A stretch of DNA of 64,000 nucleotides from Desulfobacterales bacterium (lineage in GTDB: Bacteria > Desulfobacterota > Desulfobacteria > Desulfobacterales > UBA2174): NCBI GenBank assembly GCA_963668645.2, contig CAXXWC010000021.1, positions 1,120,001 through 1,184,000 of the forward strand, written 5' to 3'. The position numbers were made by a program, and so were the translations under genes. Positions within the stretch are counted from its first letter, which is position 1. Each line of letters begins with the position of its first letter. The notes beneath the pieces are model-generated. The model had not been told where the DNA came from. It made no database searches and saw only the letters and a list, made by a program, of their open reading frames with translations. Shown piece after piece: positions 41,627 to 50,939 of the stretch.

Positions 41627-43030
41627 ATGCTCGATTTTGTCGATCCCCAGATGCTGGCGCGCACCCAGTTCGCCTTCACCGTTGCCTTTCACATCCTTTT
41701 TCCGTCCTTTACCATCGGGCTGGCCAGTTGGCTGGCGGTGCTCGAATGGCGCTGGCTAAAGACCGGGAACCCGGTCTACGCAGAAGTCTACCGCATGTGG
41801 GTCAAGATCTTTGCCGTCACCTTCGGCATGGGGGTGGTCTCCGGGGTGGTCCTCTCCTTCCAATTCGGCACCAACTGGTCGGTATTCGCCGATCGGGTGG
41901 GCAACATCCTCGGACCGCTGCTCGGCTACGAGGTCCTTACCGCCTTCTTTCTGGAAGCCTCGTTTCTGGGGATCATGCTCTTCGGCTGGAACCGCGTCAG
42001 CCCGCGCATGCATTTTGCCGCCACCCTGATCGTGGCCTGCGGAACCCTCATCTCGGCTTTCTGGATTCTATCTGCCAATTCCTGGATGCAAACCCCGAGG
42101 GGATTCGAGATCGGCGCGGACGGGCTTTTCTACCCCACCGACTGGATCGCGGCGATCTTTTCGCCATCGTTTCCTTACCGTTTCGTCCACATGGTGGTGG
42201 CCGCCTACCTGACCACAGCCTTCGTAGTGGCCGGCGTCGGCGCCTATTACCTCTTTCACGGAATTCACCGGCCCCAGGCCCGCATCATGTTCGGCATGGC
42301 CATGATCATGGCCGTTTTCGTAGCCCCGGCCCAACTGCTCTTCGGCGACCTGCACGGGCTGAACACGTTCGCCCACCAGCCGGCCAAGGTGGCAGCCATG
42401 GAAGGCTTGTGGGAAACCCAGCGCGGCGCCCCGCTAAAACTCTTCGGCTGGCCTGACCAGAAAGCCGAGACCACCCGTTGGGCCGTGGAAGTGCCCAAGC
42501 TCTCCAGCCTGATTTTGACCCACCATATGGACGGAGAGGTGCGCGGCCTCAAGCAATGGCCCGCCGACCAGCGACCGCCGGTGGCCCTGGTATTCTGGGC
42601 CTTTCGGATCATGGTGGGCTTGGGAACGCTGATGATTCTGACCGGCATAGGCGCCTTGGTGCTCTACTGGCGCAAGCGTCTCTTCGAAACCCGCTTCTTT
42701 CAGATCTGGTGTATGGCCCTGGCCCCGTCGGGGTTCATCTGTGTGCTGGCCGGATGGTTCGTGACCGAAGTGGGACGCCAACCGTGGATCGTTCAAGACG
42801 CCCTGCGCACCGCCGAGGCCCTCAGTCCGGTAGGCCCAGGACCGGTGGCGATCTCCCTGGCGGCTTTTGTCACCATCTATGTCTTCATCTTCGGCGCCGG
42901 CAGCTACTACATCCTGCGCCTGATTTCTAAAGGGCCGGCCACAGAATCGGACACCTACGGTGACCACGGCATCCCGCAGCCGCCCTTGTTTGCCCAGACG
43001 GCCCCGCCGGAGGGAGGTGACCATGTTTGA
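41627..43030 (+). CDS. cydA: Cytochrome bd quinol oxidase subunit I (short Q-loop, CioA-like)
   Basis: AFHILFP, FQFGTNW, EVLTAFFLEA, RFVHM, QPAKVAAMEG, FRIMVG, EVGRQPW. Confidence 0.95.
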   Translation: MLDFVDPQMLARTQFAFTVAFHILFPSFTIGLASWLAVLEWRWLKTGNPVYAEVYRMWVKIFAVTFGMGVVSGVVLSFQFGTNWSVFADRVGNILGPLLGYEVLTAFFLEASFLGIMLFGWNRVSPRMHFAATLIVACGTLISAFWILSANSWMQTPRGFEIGADGLFYPTDWIAAIFSPSFPYRFVHMVVAAYLTTAFVVAGVGAYYLFHGIHRPQARIMFGMAMIMAVFVAPAQLLFGDLHGLNTFAHQPAKVAAMEGLWETQRGAPLKLFGWPDQKAETTRWAVEVPKLSSLILTHHMDGEVRGLKQWPADQRPPVALVFWAFRIMVGLGTLMILTGIGALVLYWRKRLFETRFFQIWCMALAPSGFICVLAGWFVTEVGRQPWIVQDALRTAEALSPVGPGPVAISLAAFVTIYVFIFGAGSYYILRLISKGPATESDTYGDHGIPQPPLFAQTAPPEGGDHV

Positions 43031-44042
43031 TTTTGCCGCATTTGTGGACCTGCCTCTGGTCTGGTATCTGTTGATTCTGACCGCCGTTTTGCTCTACGTG
43101 ATCCTGGACGGGTTCGATCTGGGCATCGGCATCCTCTTTCCTTTCGCGCCCGGCCACACCTGCCGCGACCGCATGATGAACTCCATCGCCCCGTTTTGGG
43201 ATGGCAACGAAACCTGGCTGGTGCTGGGTGGCGGCGGTCTACTGGCCGCTTTCCCCCTGGCCTACGCCATCCTGATGCCGGCCTTGTACATGCCGGTGAT
43301 TTTCATGCTTCTGGGGCTGATCTTTCGCGGCGTGGCCTTCGAGTTTCGCTTCAAAGCCGTGCGTTCACGGGTGGTCTGGGACTATGCCTTTCACATCGGT
43401 TCGCTGGTGGCCTCTTTGATGCAGGGGATTATCATCGGCACCGTGGTCCAGGGGATCACGGTGGCCGGGCGCAGCTTCGCCGGTGGTCCATTGGACTGGT
43501 TCAACGTTTATAGCCTGATGACCGGACTGGGGCTGGTCATGGGCTACGGGTTGCTCGGATCAACTTGGCTGGTAATGAAAACCGACGGCGACACCCAGGC
43601 CTGGGCCCGCCGCAGCGCCGGCTACCTTCTGGCCGGCGTCGGTCTCGTGCTGCTGATGGTCAGCATCAGTATGCCGCTGATGAACGACCAGATCCGCCGG
43701 CTCTGGTTCGCGCGGCCCAACGCATACTACCTGATGCTGCTGCCCCTGATCGCGGCGTCACTCCTGGTGACGACCTGGATCGATTTGGACCGCGGCCGCG
43801 AATATCGGCCGTTTCTGCTGAGCATCGGCGTCTTTGTGGCCAGCTATCTCGGGTTGGGAATCAGTCTCTGGCCCTGGATCATCCCCTTTGCCGTGACCTA
43901 CCGCGAAGCCGCGGCCTGCGGACCATCCCAGAGCCTGCTGCTGGTGGGCACCATCTTTTTGCTGCCGGTAATTTTAGGGTACACCGCTTTTTGCTACTAC
44001 CTGTTCCGCGGCAAGGCTTCCCATGAAGCGGGCTACCATTGA
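43023..44042 (+). CDS. cydB: Cytochrome bd quinol oxidase subunit II
   Basis: YVILDGFDLGIG, PFWDGNETWLV, AFPLAY, FRGVAFEFR, YYLFRGK. ATG 43023 follows GGAGG. Confidence 0.95.
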   Translation: MFDFAAFVDLPLVWYLLILTAVLLYVILDGFDLGIGILFPFAPGHTCRDRMMNSIAPFWDGNETWLVLGGGGLLAAFPLAYAILMPALYMPVIFMLLGLIFRGVAFEFRFKAVRSRVVWDYAFHIGSLVASLMQGIIIGTVVQGITVAGRSFAGGPLDWFNVYSLMTGLGLVMGYGLLGSTWLVMKTDGDTQAWARRSAGYLLAGVGLVLLMVSISMPLMNDQIRRLWFARPNAYYLMLLPLIAASLLVTTWIDLDRGREYRPFLLSIGVFVASYLGLGISLWPWIIPFAVTYREAAACGPSQSLLLVGTIFLLPVILGYTAFCYYLFRGKASHEAGYH

Positions 44043-44879
44043 TGGCCATACGCCACCGCGTGCATCCAGCTCCGCGAAGTTCCGAAGGGGCCAGTGGCGC
44101 TGGTTTATAGGACTTTGGTGCGCCGGGCTGGGAGCCGCCGCGGCCGTTGCGGGCCTGACGCGTTGGATGCTGAACTTCTAAAACGATCACTGACGGCCGG
44201 GTTAAAACAACCGCGGCCGGCCTCAGCGCGTTGGGGTGTGGAAGATCGTGGCAAGCGGGATTTTTCCGCAACGGCCCATGGGCCGTTGCCGCGATGCACA
44301 CCGGTCAGCGCCCGGATCAACCGATTTTGCGATCCGGGGCACCTTTGCGGCGCCGGATCACTTGCACCCCGGAGCGCCGGGATGCTGCGGCCGGGGCCGG
44401 GACTTCATCTTTGGTGGCTTCGGCGCTCAAAATCAATTGACGGAGTTGTTCTTCAAGCCTTTTCTTTGTTGCAATATCCATTTACGATTTTGTCCTTTGC
44501 TCAATAGCGATGAAACACGTCCGGCGCATTTTTCATACCGCCAGCCGCCGGCATAAGCACCCGCAATGGGTACCGCAATAAGGGGGGTATTCGTCCAAAA
44601 CGAAACTCGGGAAATGAAACCGGGATTGGGTGACCTGCTTTAGGATTTTATTATCAGAAAGGCCGCCATGGCCTTACGATGCGATAAAGCGATTTTTTCC
44701 TACACGATGTTTTTTTTAACCGCAAGCTTTTTCGGACAATAACCACAAAAAACCGAAGGGCAACGGGGAGGGCGCCGTATTAAAGGCAGAGGACAGTCAA
44801 AAAGACCTCAAGCCGAAGCGCAGGCCAATGCAGAAAAAAAGGTAATATATTATTCACTTGCCATGCCCATGGAGAATAA

Positions 44880-45587
44880 ATGACAGATCGCCGGATAACC
44901 TACACCCTTGACGCTGGAAACTTTTTTTGCGGGCGCCTAACCCTTGCCGAGGCAGACCATCCCCATCGCGCCCCCCTATTGGTCTTGGCTCACGGGGCAG
45001 CCAACACCATGGACCACCCGCTGCTGGTGGCGCTGGCCCGCGGCCTGGCCGCCTCGGGTGTGAGCTGCCTGCGCTTCAATTTCCCATACAGCGAGGCCGG
45101 CCGGTCCAAGCCCGACGCCCAGGTTCTGCTCGAAGCCGCCTGGCATGAAGTCCTGGCAGGGATCAAGACCGAAACATCGCTGGCGCCGCAATGGGTTGTA
45201 GCGGCCGGAAAATCGATGGGCGGACGGATCGCCTCCCAGATGGCTGCAACAGGGCATCTGCCGGCGGACGGGCTGATTTTTTACGGGTACCCGCTTCACC
45301 TGCCGGGCCGCTTGCATGAGTTACGCGACGCCCATCTGGATTCGATCCCGGTGCCCATGCTGTTCTTTGCCGGCACCCGGGACCCTTTCTGCCGGATCGA
45401 GCTGATGCGCCAAGTGGTCGAACGCCTGGGCCGCCGCGCCACCTTGGTGGAGATCGAAGGCGGGGACCACTCTTTCGCCCTGCCCGGGGCCCGTACCGAT
45501 CTGCAAAAGGACACCTATACGCGGTTGTTCACCGAGAGCGTGGCTTGGCTGAACGCCCTGGCGCCACGCGCCCCAAAGGCCCCCTGA
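44880..45587 (+). CDS. Alpha/beta hydrolase (KANL3/Tex30-like)
   Basis: LAHGA, RFNFPY, GKSMGGR, YPLH, GTRDPF, GGDHSF. Confidence 0.88.
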   Translation: MTDRRITYTLDAGNFFCGRLTLAEADHPHRAPLLVLAHGAANTMDHPLLVALARGLAASGVSCLRFNFPYSEAGRSKPDAQVLLEAAWHEVLAGIKTETSLAPQWVVAAGKSMGGRIASQMAATGHLPADGLIFYGYPLHLPGRLHELRDAHLDSIPVPMLFFAGTRDPFCRIELMRQVVERLGRRATLVEIEGGDHSFALPGARTDLQKDTYTRLFTESVAWLNALAPRAPKAP

Positions 45588-45645
45588 CCTCAATGAACTT
45601 GATGATCTTCACAGGCGACACGCCACGGGCATCGCCAGTGAAGAT

Positions 45646-46230
45646 TCAGGCCATCAGGCTGCGCCGGCAAAAATCGACCGCCGCCTTGCGCATCCCGCGT
45701 CGCTGGTCAAGGCCCAGGGCATACTGGCGCAAAATGCCTTGGGTCAGGACCACCAGCACGTTAACCGTCTGGGGGATGTTGACCTTGACAAACTCGCCTT
45801 TTTCTATCCCTTCCTTTATGCAATCGCTAAGATAGCGGACGATGCGCTTGCGCCCCTCACTGATCAGCCGGGCGCACACATGGGCTCCGTCCTTGAGCCG
45901 GGCCGGGCAGGTGCTGGCGATCAGATAGGTTTCCTCGGGTTTTTCCATGGCAATGTCCATGTGCAGCCCGATGATGGCATCGATCCGGTCGAAGGCTTTT
46001 GCGCTCTGGGCCGGCAGGGCGTCCAGACGGGCAAAATAGTCGCTGAAGGCGTTTTCCAGGATATGGGTGAAGAGCCCGTCCTTGTTGCTGAAATGATAAT
46101 AAATCAGCGGCTCGGTGACCCCGGCGGCTTTGGCGATGCGCAAGGTGGTGGTGCCGTCGAAACCGTTCTCGGCGAAAAGACGGATGGCGGCGCGAACGAG
46201 TTCATGTTTCTTCGGGTGCGGGCTGCCCAT
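45646..46230 (-). CDS. TetR/AcrR family transcriptional regulator
   Basis: AAIRLFAENGFDGTTTLRIAKAAGVTEPLIYYHFSNKDGL. Confidence 0.93.
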   Translation of the reverse strand: MGSPHPKKHELVRAAIRLFAENGFDGTTTLRIAKAAGVTEPLIYYHFSNKDGLFTHILENAFSDYFARLDALPAQSAKAFDRIDAIIGLHMDIAMEKPEETYLIASTCPARLKDGAHVCARLISEGRKRIVRYLSDCIKEGIEKGEFVKVNIPQTVNVLVVLTQGILRQYALGLDQRRGMRKAAVDFCRRSLMA

Positions 46231-46265
46231 GGGTTCCCCCTTTCACATTTAGGGTTTGTTCTTAT

Positions 46266-46298
46266 TTTTAGTGAACTTAAATTTTTTAACTTTGTCAA
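46266..46298 (-). promoter_or_regulatory. Possible TetR promoter/auto-operator
   Basis: Minus-strand TTGACA (46293-46298) with the imperfect palindrome TTTTAGTGAACTTAAA (46266-46281) over the expected -10 region. Confidence 0.35.
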
Positions 46299-46450
46299 TA
46301 CAAAAATGATTTGTTTAGCTGTAACAATCAAAAGAAACTAAGGAACAGCCTACAGAAACATTAGTTTTTTTTCAAACCTAAATTTAAGTCGGGCATAGAA
46401 ACGGCCTTGCCTCCAGATTACCGAAAGCTAACGCCCCGGTTTCCAAGACA

Positions 46451-46496
46451 AAAAAAGGGCCGCCACCCGGCTGAAAAGCCCGGTTGCGGCCCTTTT
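46451..46496 (-). terminator. Intrinsic terminator (possibly bidirectional)
   Basis: AAAAGGGCCGC...GCGGCCCTTTT stem flanked by A/T runs, just downstream of the 46522-46845 gene. Confidence 0.75.
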
Positions 46497-46521
46497 CATC
46501 TTAGCGTGTTCAAAAAGAGGT

Positions 46522-46845
46522 TCAATCCGCCGGGTGGACGGTTGTGTGGGTCTCGCCCGACAAGGCCAAAGGACCGGGTTTAACCGGATCGAGGTGGTCG
46601 CTCTCACCGATGCCAACCAGGGAAAATCGTTCCACCTCCAGCCACGTGCGCCCATCCACCGTCACCAAGTGACCGCTGGCCGAGACCGCCTGGCGCAAGT
46701 GATCGATAAGAATCCGGCCGGCCTGGGTGTCGGCGACCGGATAAAGCTTCTCATCGAAGCCGGCGATGATCACCGCCATCACCCGGCCGGCCTCGTCCCA
46801 TTCGCTGGGCAACACTAAGCCTGCAACCACAAAAGGTCCCATCAC
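46522..46845 (-). CDS. Small hypothetical protein
   Basis: 107-aa ORF (GLVLPSEWDEAGRVMAVIIAGFDE) with a GAGGA RBS, bracketed by a sigma-54 promoter and a terminator. Confidence 0.7.
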   Translation of the reverse strand: MMGPFVVAGLVLPSEWDEAGRVMAVIIAGFDEKLYPVADTQAGRILIDHLRQAVSASGHLVTVDGRTWLEVERFSLVGIGESDHLDPVKPGPLALSGETHTTVHPAD

Positions 46846-46932
46846 AGCTTTCCTCGCCCTGGGACGCGGATCGTTCCCGCTTATATCGCCACATCAGCTC
46901 CCCGCTGGGATCATCTTCCTGACCTCCCCTTT

Positions 46933-46948
46933 TGCAACCCCCATGCCA
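46933..46948 (-). promoter_or_regulatory. Sigma-54 (-24/-12) promoter
   Basis: Minus strand reads TGGCATGGGGGTTGCA, with exact GG-N10-GC spacing. Confidence 0.8.
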
Positions 46949-47044
46949 GGCTGCCATGGGATGCCGGGCAGGGTCGATCGGCCTGAGAATCGCCGGCCGC
47001 AGGGCATATCGAAACCGAAACCGGCCGAAAATCCAGACCGGCCC

Positions 47045-47065
47045 ATGAGAAACCGGGCTTCTCAT
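47045..47065. promoter_or_regulatory. Putative enhancer site ATGAGAA-N7-TTCTCAT
   Basis: Perfect 7-bp inverted repeat about 100 bp upstream of the sigma-54 promoter. Confidence 0.55.
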
Positions 47066-47101
47066 CTTCGGCCCAGCCGGAATACCCGCGGCCGCAGCCG
47101 G

Positions 47102-48526
47102 TCAGGAGGCCTCCCCTGGATGGCGAAAGTCGGCCTTGCGCAAGCCATACTTGGTCATCAGATTGTTCAGTTGGCGGGTGCTGACACCGGCTTCGGCCGC
47201 CGAAGCATCGATTCGGCCCCGGTGACGGGTAAGCAGACTCTTGAGATAGCGCCGTTCAATCTCGGCCACGGCTCGTTGACGCACCTCGGCCAGGGCCCCC
47301 GACTGGGGAATATCCTCGGCCGGGGCCGGGGTCGACGCGGCAAGGGCGGCGAACATTTCGGCCGGAAATCTGTCCGCCGAAAGGATTTCACCCGTTTCGA
47401 GAATGTGGGCCCGCTCCACGAGGTTTTCCAGTTCGCGGATATTGCCCGGCCAAGTGTAGGCCAGCATGGCCGCAATGACCCGGGAATCGACCTGGCGCAC
47501 CGATTTGTTGTTCAGCCGATTGTAGCGTTCCAGGAGCGTTTCGAGCATCATGGGCAGATCTTCGAGGCGCTGGCGTAGGGGCGGCATTTCCAGGGGAAAA
47601 ACGTTCAACCGGTAAAACAGGTCCTTGCGAAAACGCCCCTCTTCCACCAGGGCACGCAGGTCGCTGTTGGTGGCGGCGATGATCCGCACATCGGCCTGGA
47701 TATCGGACTCACCGCCGACCCGCTGGAAAATCCCCTCCTGGAGCACGGTGAGCAGCTTGATCTGGGCCGCCGGGGTAATCGTACCGATCTCGTCCAAAAG
47801 CAGGGTGCCGCCCCGGGCCAGCTCGAACTTGCCCAGTTTGCGGCGGATGGCGCCGGTGAAGGCCCCTTTTTCATGCCCGAACAGCTCGCTTTCCAGAAGG
47901 GTGTCGGGAACGGCACCGCAGTGCACGCTGATGAAGCGCCCCCGGCGGCGATGGCTGTTGGCGTGAATCAGCTTTGCCATCCAAGTCTTGCCGGTACCGG
48001 TTTCGCCGGTGATCAGAACCGTGGTCTGAGTGGAGGCCACGGCCCGCACCTGGCCGAAGATCCGCCGCATCAAGGCACTGCGTGTATGCACCTCTTCCAG
48101 TGAACCGGGCTGCCAGAACTGGTCGCGCAGGTACTCGAGCTCGCTGTGCATCAAGCGTTGCTGGTAAATATCCTCGATCATGCGCTGGACATGCTCGGGA
48201 TCCACCGGATAGGCGAGAAAATCCTCGGCCCCGGCCTTGACGGCCGCGATAGCCTCACGCAAGCGTTCCACCGGCGCCATTACCACGATTTTCAACGACG
48301 CCTGCTGGCGCCAGAAACCTGCCAGTGTGTCCCGGATCGATGACCTTGGCGGATGGGCGCCGATCAGTCCCAGATCGGCCAACAAGCAGTCGTAGTGGCG
48401 CCGGCCGAGTTGGTCGATGGCCGCCTCGACCGTCTCCAATGAGTCAAGTTGCACGCCGCCGCCCAGGCTGTCACGGACCGTGCGGCCGATCTCCGGCCGC
48501 GGGGATAGAACCATAATACTCTTCAT
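47102..48526 (-). CDS. Sigma-54-dependent response regulator (atypical REC, AAA+, HTH)
   Basis: [41 protein letters not shown]-like N-terminus lacks the first acidic pair (MVLSP) and has YP in place of KP. Confidence 0.9.
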   Translation of the reverse strand: MKSIMVLSPRPEIGRTVRDSLGGGVQLDSLETVEAAIDQLGRRHYDCLLADLGLIGAHPPRSSIRDTLAGFWRQQASLKIVVMAPVERLREAIAAVKAGAEDFLAYPVDPEHVQRMIEDIYQQRLMHSELEYLRDQFWQPGSLEEVHTRSALMRRIFGQVRAVASTQTTVLITGETGTGKTWMAKLIHANSHRRRGRFISVHCGAVPDTLLESELFGHEKGAFTGAIRRKLGKFELARGGTLLLDEIGTITPAAQIKLLTVLQEGIFQRVGGESDIQADVRIIAATNSDLRALVEEGRFRKDLFYRLNVFPLEMPPLRQRLEDLPMMLETLLERYNRLNNKSVRQVDSRVIAAMLAYTWPGNIRELENLVERAHILETGEILSADRFPAEMFAALAASTPAPAEDIPQSGALAEVRQRAVAEIERRYLKSLLTRHRGRIDASAAEAGVSTRQLNNLMTKYGLRKADFRHPGEAS

Positions 48527-48552
48527 CGGATCTCTTCGGGTCCCTGCGGCAG

Positions 48553-49542
48553 TCACAAGATATGCCGCAGCCGCTCCAGTTCTGCTTCTTTGCCAATAAT
48601 TACGACCACATCTCCGGCGTTGAGCCGCTGGGTCGGTAAAGGATTGAAAATCATCTCACCCACCGTGGGTTTGATGGCCACGATGATCACCCCGTACTCC
48701 TGGCGCAGCCGGCTTTCGACAAGGTTGCGCCCGGCCAGGGGGGAATCGGCGCCGATCAGGGCCTCCTCCATCCGCAGCCCCATGTTGTGCTCCATCATGG
48801 CGGTGTCGATAAAATCGATCACTGTCGGCCGGGTCAGCTGCTGGGCCATGCGCCGGCCGCCGATCAAGTAAGGGCAAACGACCCGGGATGCACCTGCCCG
48901 GCGCAGCTTGTCTTCGTTTTTCTGTTCACTGGCCCTTGCCAGGATAAAGATGTTCGGACACAATCCACGAGCCGTCAAGGTGATAAAAACATTGTCGGCA
49001 TCGGAGGTCACCGCCGTCACCAATCCTCGGGACCGGTCTATGCCGGCCTTGATCAGCGTATCTTCGGTGGTGGCATCCAGCTGCAGATAAAGTGCCCCGG
49101 CTTTTTCCAAAGCGGGCAATTTGGACGGATTTTGTTCGATGACCACAAAGGGGATGCCTTCGCGGGCCAACTCCTGGGTCACGATCTCCCCGATGCGCCC
49201 GTATCCGCAAACGATGTAATGATCCTTCAAGGACAGAATCCGGTTTTCCAACTTGCGCCTCCCCAAAATGCGGCTCAACTCACCTTCCACAAAGATCTTC
49301 AGCACCTGGCCCAGAGCGTAAGTCAAGGTGCTGATGCCCATCACGATGATCACCACGGTAATGGCCCGCCCCAGGGTCGAAAGGGGGCGAATCTCGCCGA
49401 ACCCCACTGTGCTGATAGTGATCAAGGTCATGTAAAAGGCATCGAAAAACGACATGCCTTCGAAGCTGTTGTAGCCGAAGGTGCCGAAGGCCAGAATCGC
49501 CGTCAGAAGCCACAGCGAGGTCTTTAGCCGTTTATAATCCAT
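48553..49542 (-). CDS. Potassium channel protein with RCK/TrkA-N and TrkA-C domains (MthK-like)
   Basis: Selectivity filter STVGFGE; IVCGYGRIG; C-terminal TrkA-C (GVIIVAIK...FNP). Confidence 0.92.
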   Translation of the reverse strand: MDYKRLKTSLWLLTAILAFGTFGYNSFEGMSFFDAFYMTLITISTVGFGEIRPLSTLGRAITVVIIVMGISTLTYALGQVLKIFVEGELSRILGRRKLENRILSLKDHYIVCGYGRIGEIVTQELAREGIPFVVIEQNPSKLPALEKAGALYLQLDATTEDTLIKAGIDRSRGLVTAVTSDADNVFITLTARGLCPNIFILARASEQKNEDKLRRAGASRVVCPYLIGGRRMAQQLTRPTVIDFIDTAMMEHNMGLRMEEALIGADSPLAGRNLVESRLRQEYGVIIVAIKPTVGEMIFNPLPTQRLNAGDVVVIIGKEAELERLRHIL

Positions 49543-49545
49543 GGA

Positions 49546-50850
49546 TTACCGGTCAGCGCGGCCGATGCCGATATAGGTCATGCCCAGAGCCCGCAACTCG
49601 GACGGATCGTAGATGTTGCGGCCGTCGATGATGATCGGCCGGCGCAGCAGCACCTTGACGGCGCGCATGTCCACGTTGCGGAACTCGTCCCATTCGGTGA
49701 CCACCAGCAGGGCATCGCAGTCGCGGATCGCCTCGTAAGGATCGTCGAAAAAGTCGATCCCGGTCAGCACCCGGCGCGCATTGGCCATGGCCACCGGATC
49801 GTAGGCCTGGACCCGGGCTCCAGCGCTTTGAAGACGCGCGATGATGTGCAGGGCCGGGGACTGGCGGATGTCGTCGGTCTTGGGCTTGAACGAAAGCCCC
49901 CAAACGGCCACCCTGGCCCCCTCCAGTACAATATGGTCCGCAAGCCGGTCCACCACGACCCCCTTTTGGAATTCGTTGATCCGGTCCACCGCCTCGAAAA
50001 GGTCCGCCGCACATCCGTGGGCCTTGAGCGTGGCGATCAACGCCTTGACATCCTTTGGGAAACAGCTGCCCCCATAGCCGATCCCGGCCTGCAAAAAGCG
50101 CGGCCCGATCCGCCCGTCAAGTCCCAGCCCGCGGGAGACGGCTTTGATGTCGGCTCCGGTCCTTTCACACAGATGGGCCAGCTGGTTCATGAAGCTGATG
50201 CGCGTGGCCAGCATGGCGTTGGCCGCGTACTTGATGATCTCCGCGCTGGGAATATCGGTGACCATGACCGGTCTGTTGGTGCGCGCCAAAGATCGGTATA
50301 AACGCACCATGATTGCTTCGGCGCGCGGGCTGTCCGTACCGATGATGATCCGTTCGGGGTTCTCGAAGTCCTTGACCGCCACCCCTTCCCGCAGAAACTC
50401 GGGGTTGGCCACCACGTCGAAAGGGATCGGGTGATCCTGGTGCCCGGCAATGGCGCTGCGCACCATCTCGGCGGTTCCCACCGGCACGGTGCTTTTGTTG
50501 ACCACCACCTTGTAGTCTTCCATGAACCGCCCGATGTCGGCCGCCACGGCGTGCACCGCCGTCAAATCGGCGGCCTGGCGTGCATCCGGGGGAGTGCCTA
50601 CGCAGAGAAAGATGATCTCCCCGCCTTTTACCGCGCTTTTCACGTCGGTGGTAAAAACGAGGCGTTTACTGGCCAGGTTGCGCGTAAAAATCTCACCCAG
50701 CCCCGGCTCGTAGATCGTCAATTCTCCTGCTGCCAGGAGTTGGATCTTGTCTTGGTCGATATCCAGGCAGGTCACCTGGTGGCCCAGATTGGCAAATCCG
50801 GTCCCGGTCACCAGGCCCACATAGCCGGTGCCGACAATGGTCAGTTGCAT
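49546..50850 (-). CDS. ugd: UDP-glucose 6-dehydrogenase
   Basis: GTGYVGL, KSTVPVGT, NPEFLREG, KYAANAMLATRISF, GYGGSCFPKD, FKPKTDDIR, DGRN. Confidence 0.93.
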   Translation of the reverse strand: MQLTIVGTGYVGLVTGTGFANLGHQVTCLDIDQDKIQLLAAGELTIYEPGLGEIFTRNLASKRLVFTTDVKSAVKGGEIIFLCVGTPPDARQAADLTAVHAVAADIGRFMEDYKVVVNKSTVPVGTAEMVRSAIAGHQDHPIPFDVVANPEFLREGVAVKDFENPERIIIGTDSPRAEAIMVRLYRSLARTNRPVMVTDIPSAEIIKYAANAMLATRISFMNQLAHLCERTGADIKAVSRGLGLDGRIGPRFLQAGIGYGGSCFPKDVKALIATLKAHGCAADLFEAVDRINEFQKGVVVDRLADHIVLEGARVAVWGLSFKPKTDDIRQSPALHIIARLQSAGARVQAYDPVAMANARRVLTGIDFFDDPYEAIRDCDALLVVTEWDEFRNVDMRAVKVLLRRPIIIDGRNIYDPSELRALGMTYIGIGRADR

Positions 50851-50939
50851 CTCACCTCCCAGAAAAAATATCCCATGGCCGAAGTTCCTTGATGTTCAAC
50901 GGTCCGGACGCGGACCGCTTGGAAACCGCCCCGCGCCCT

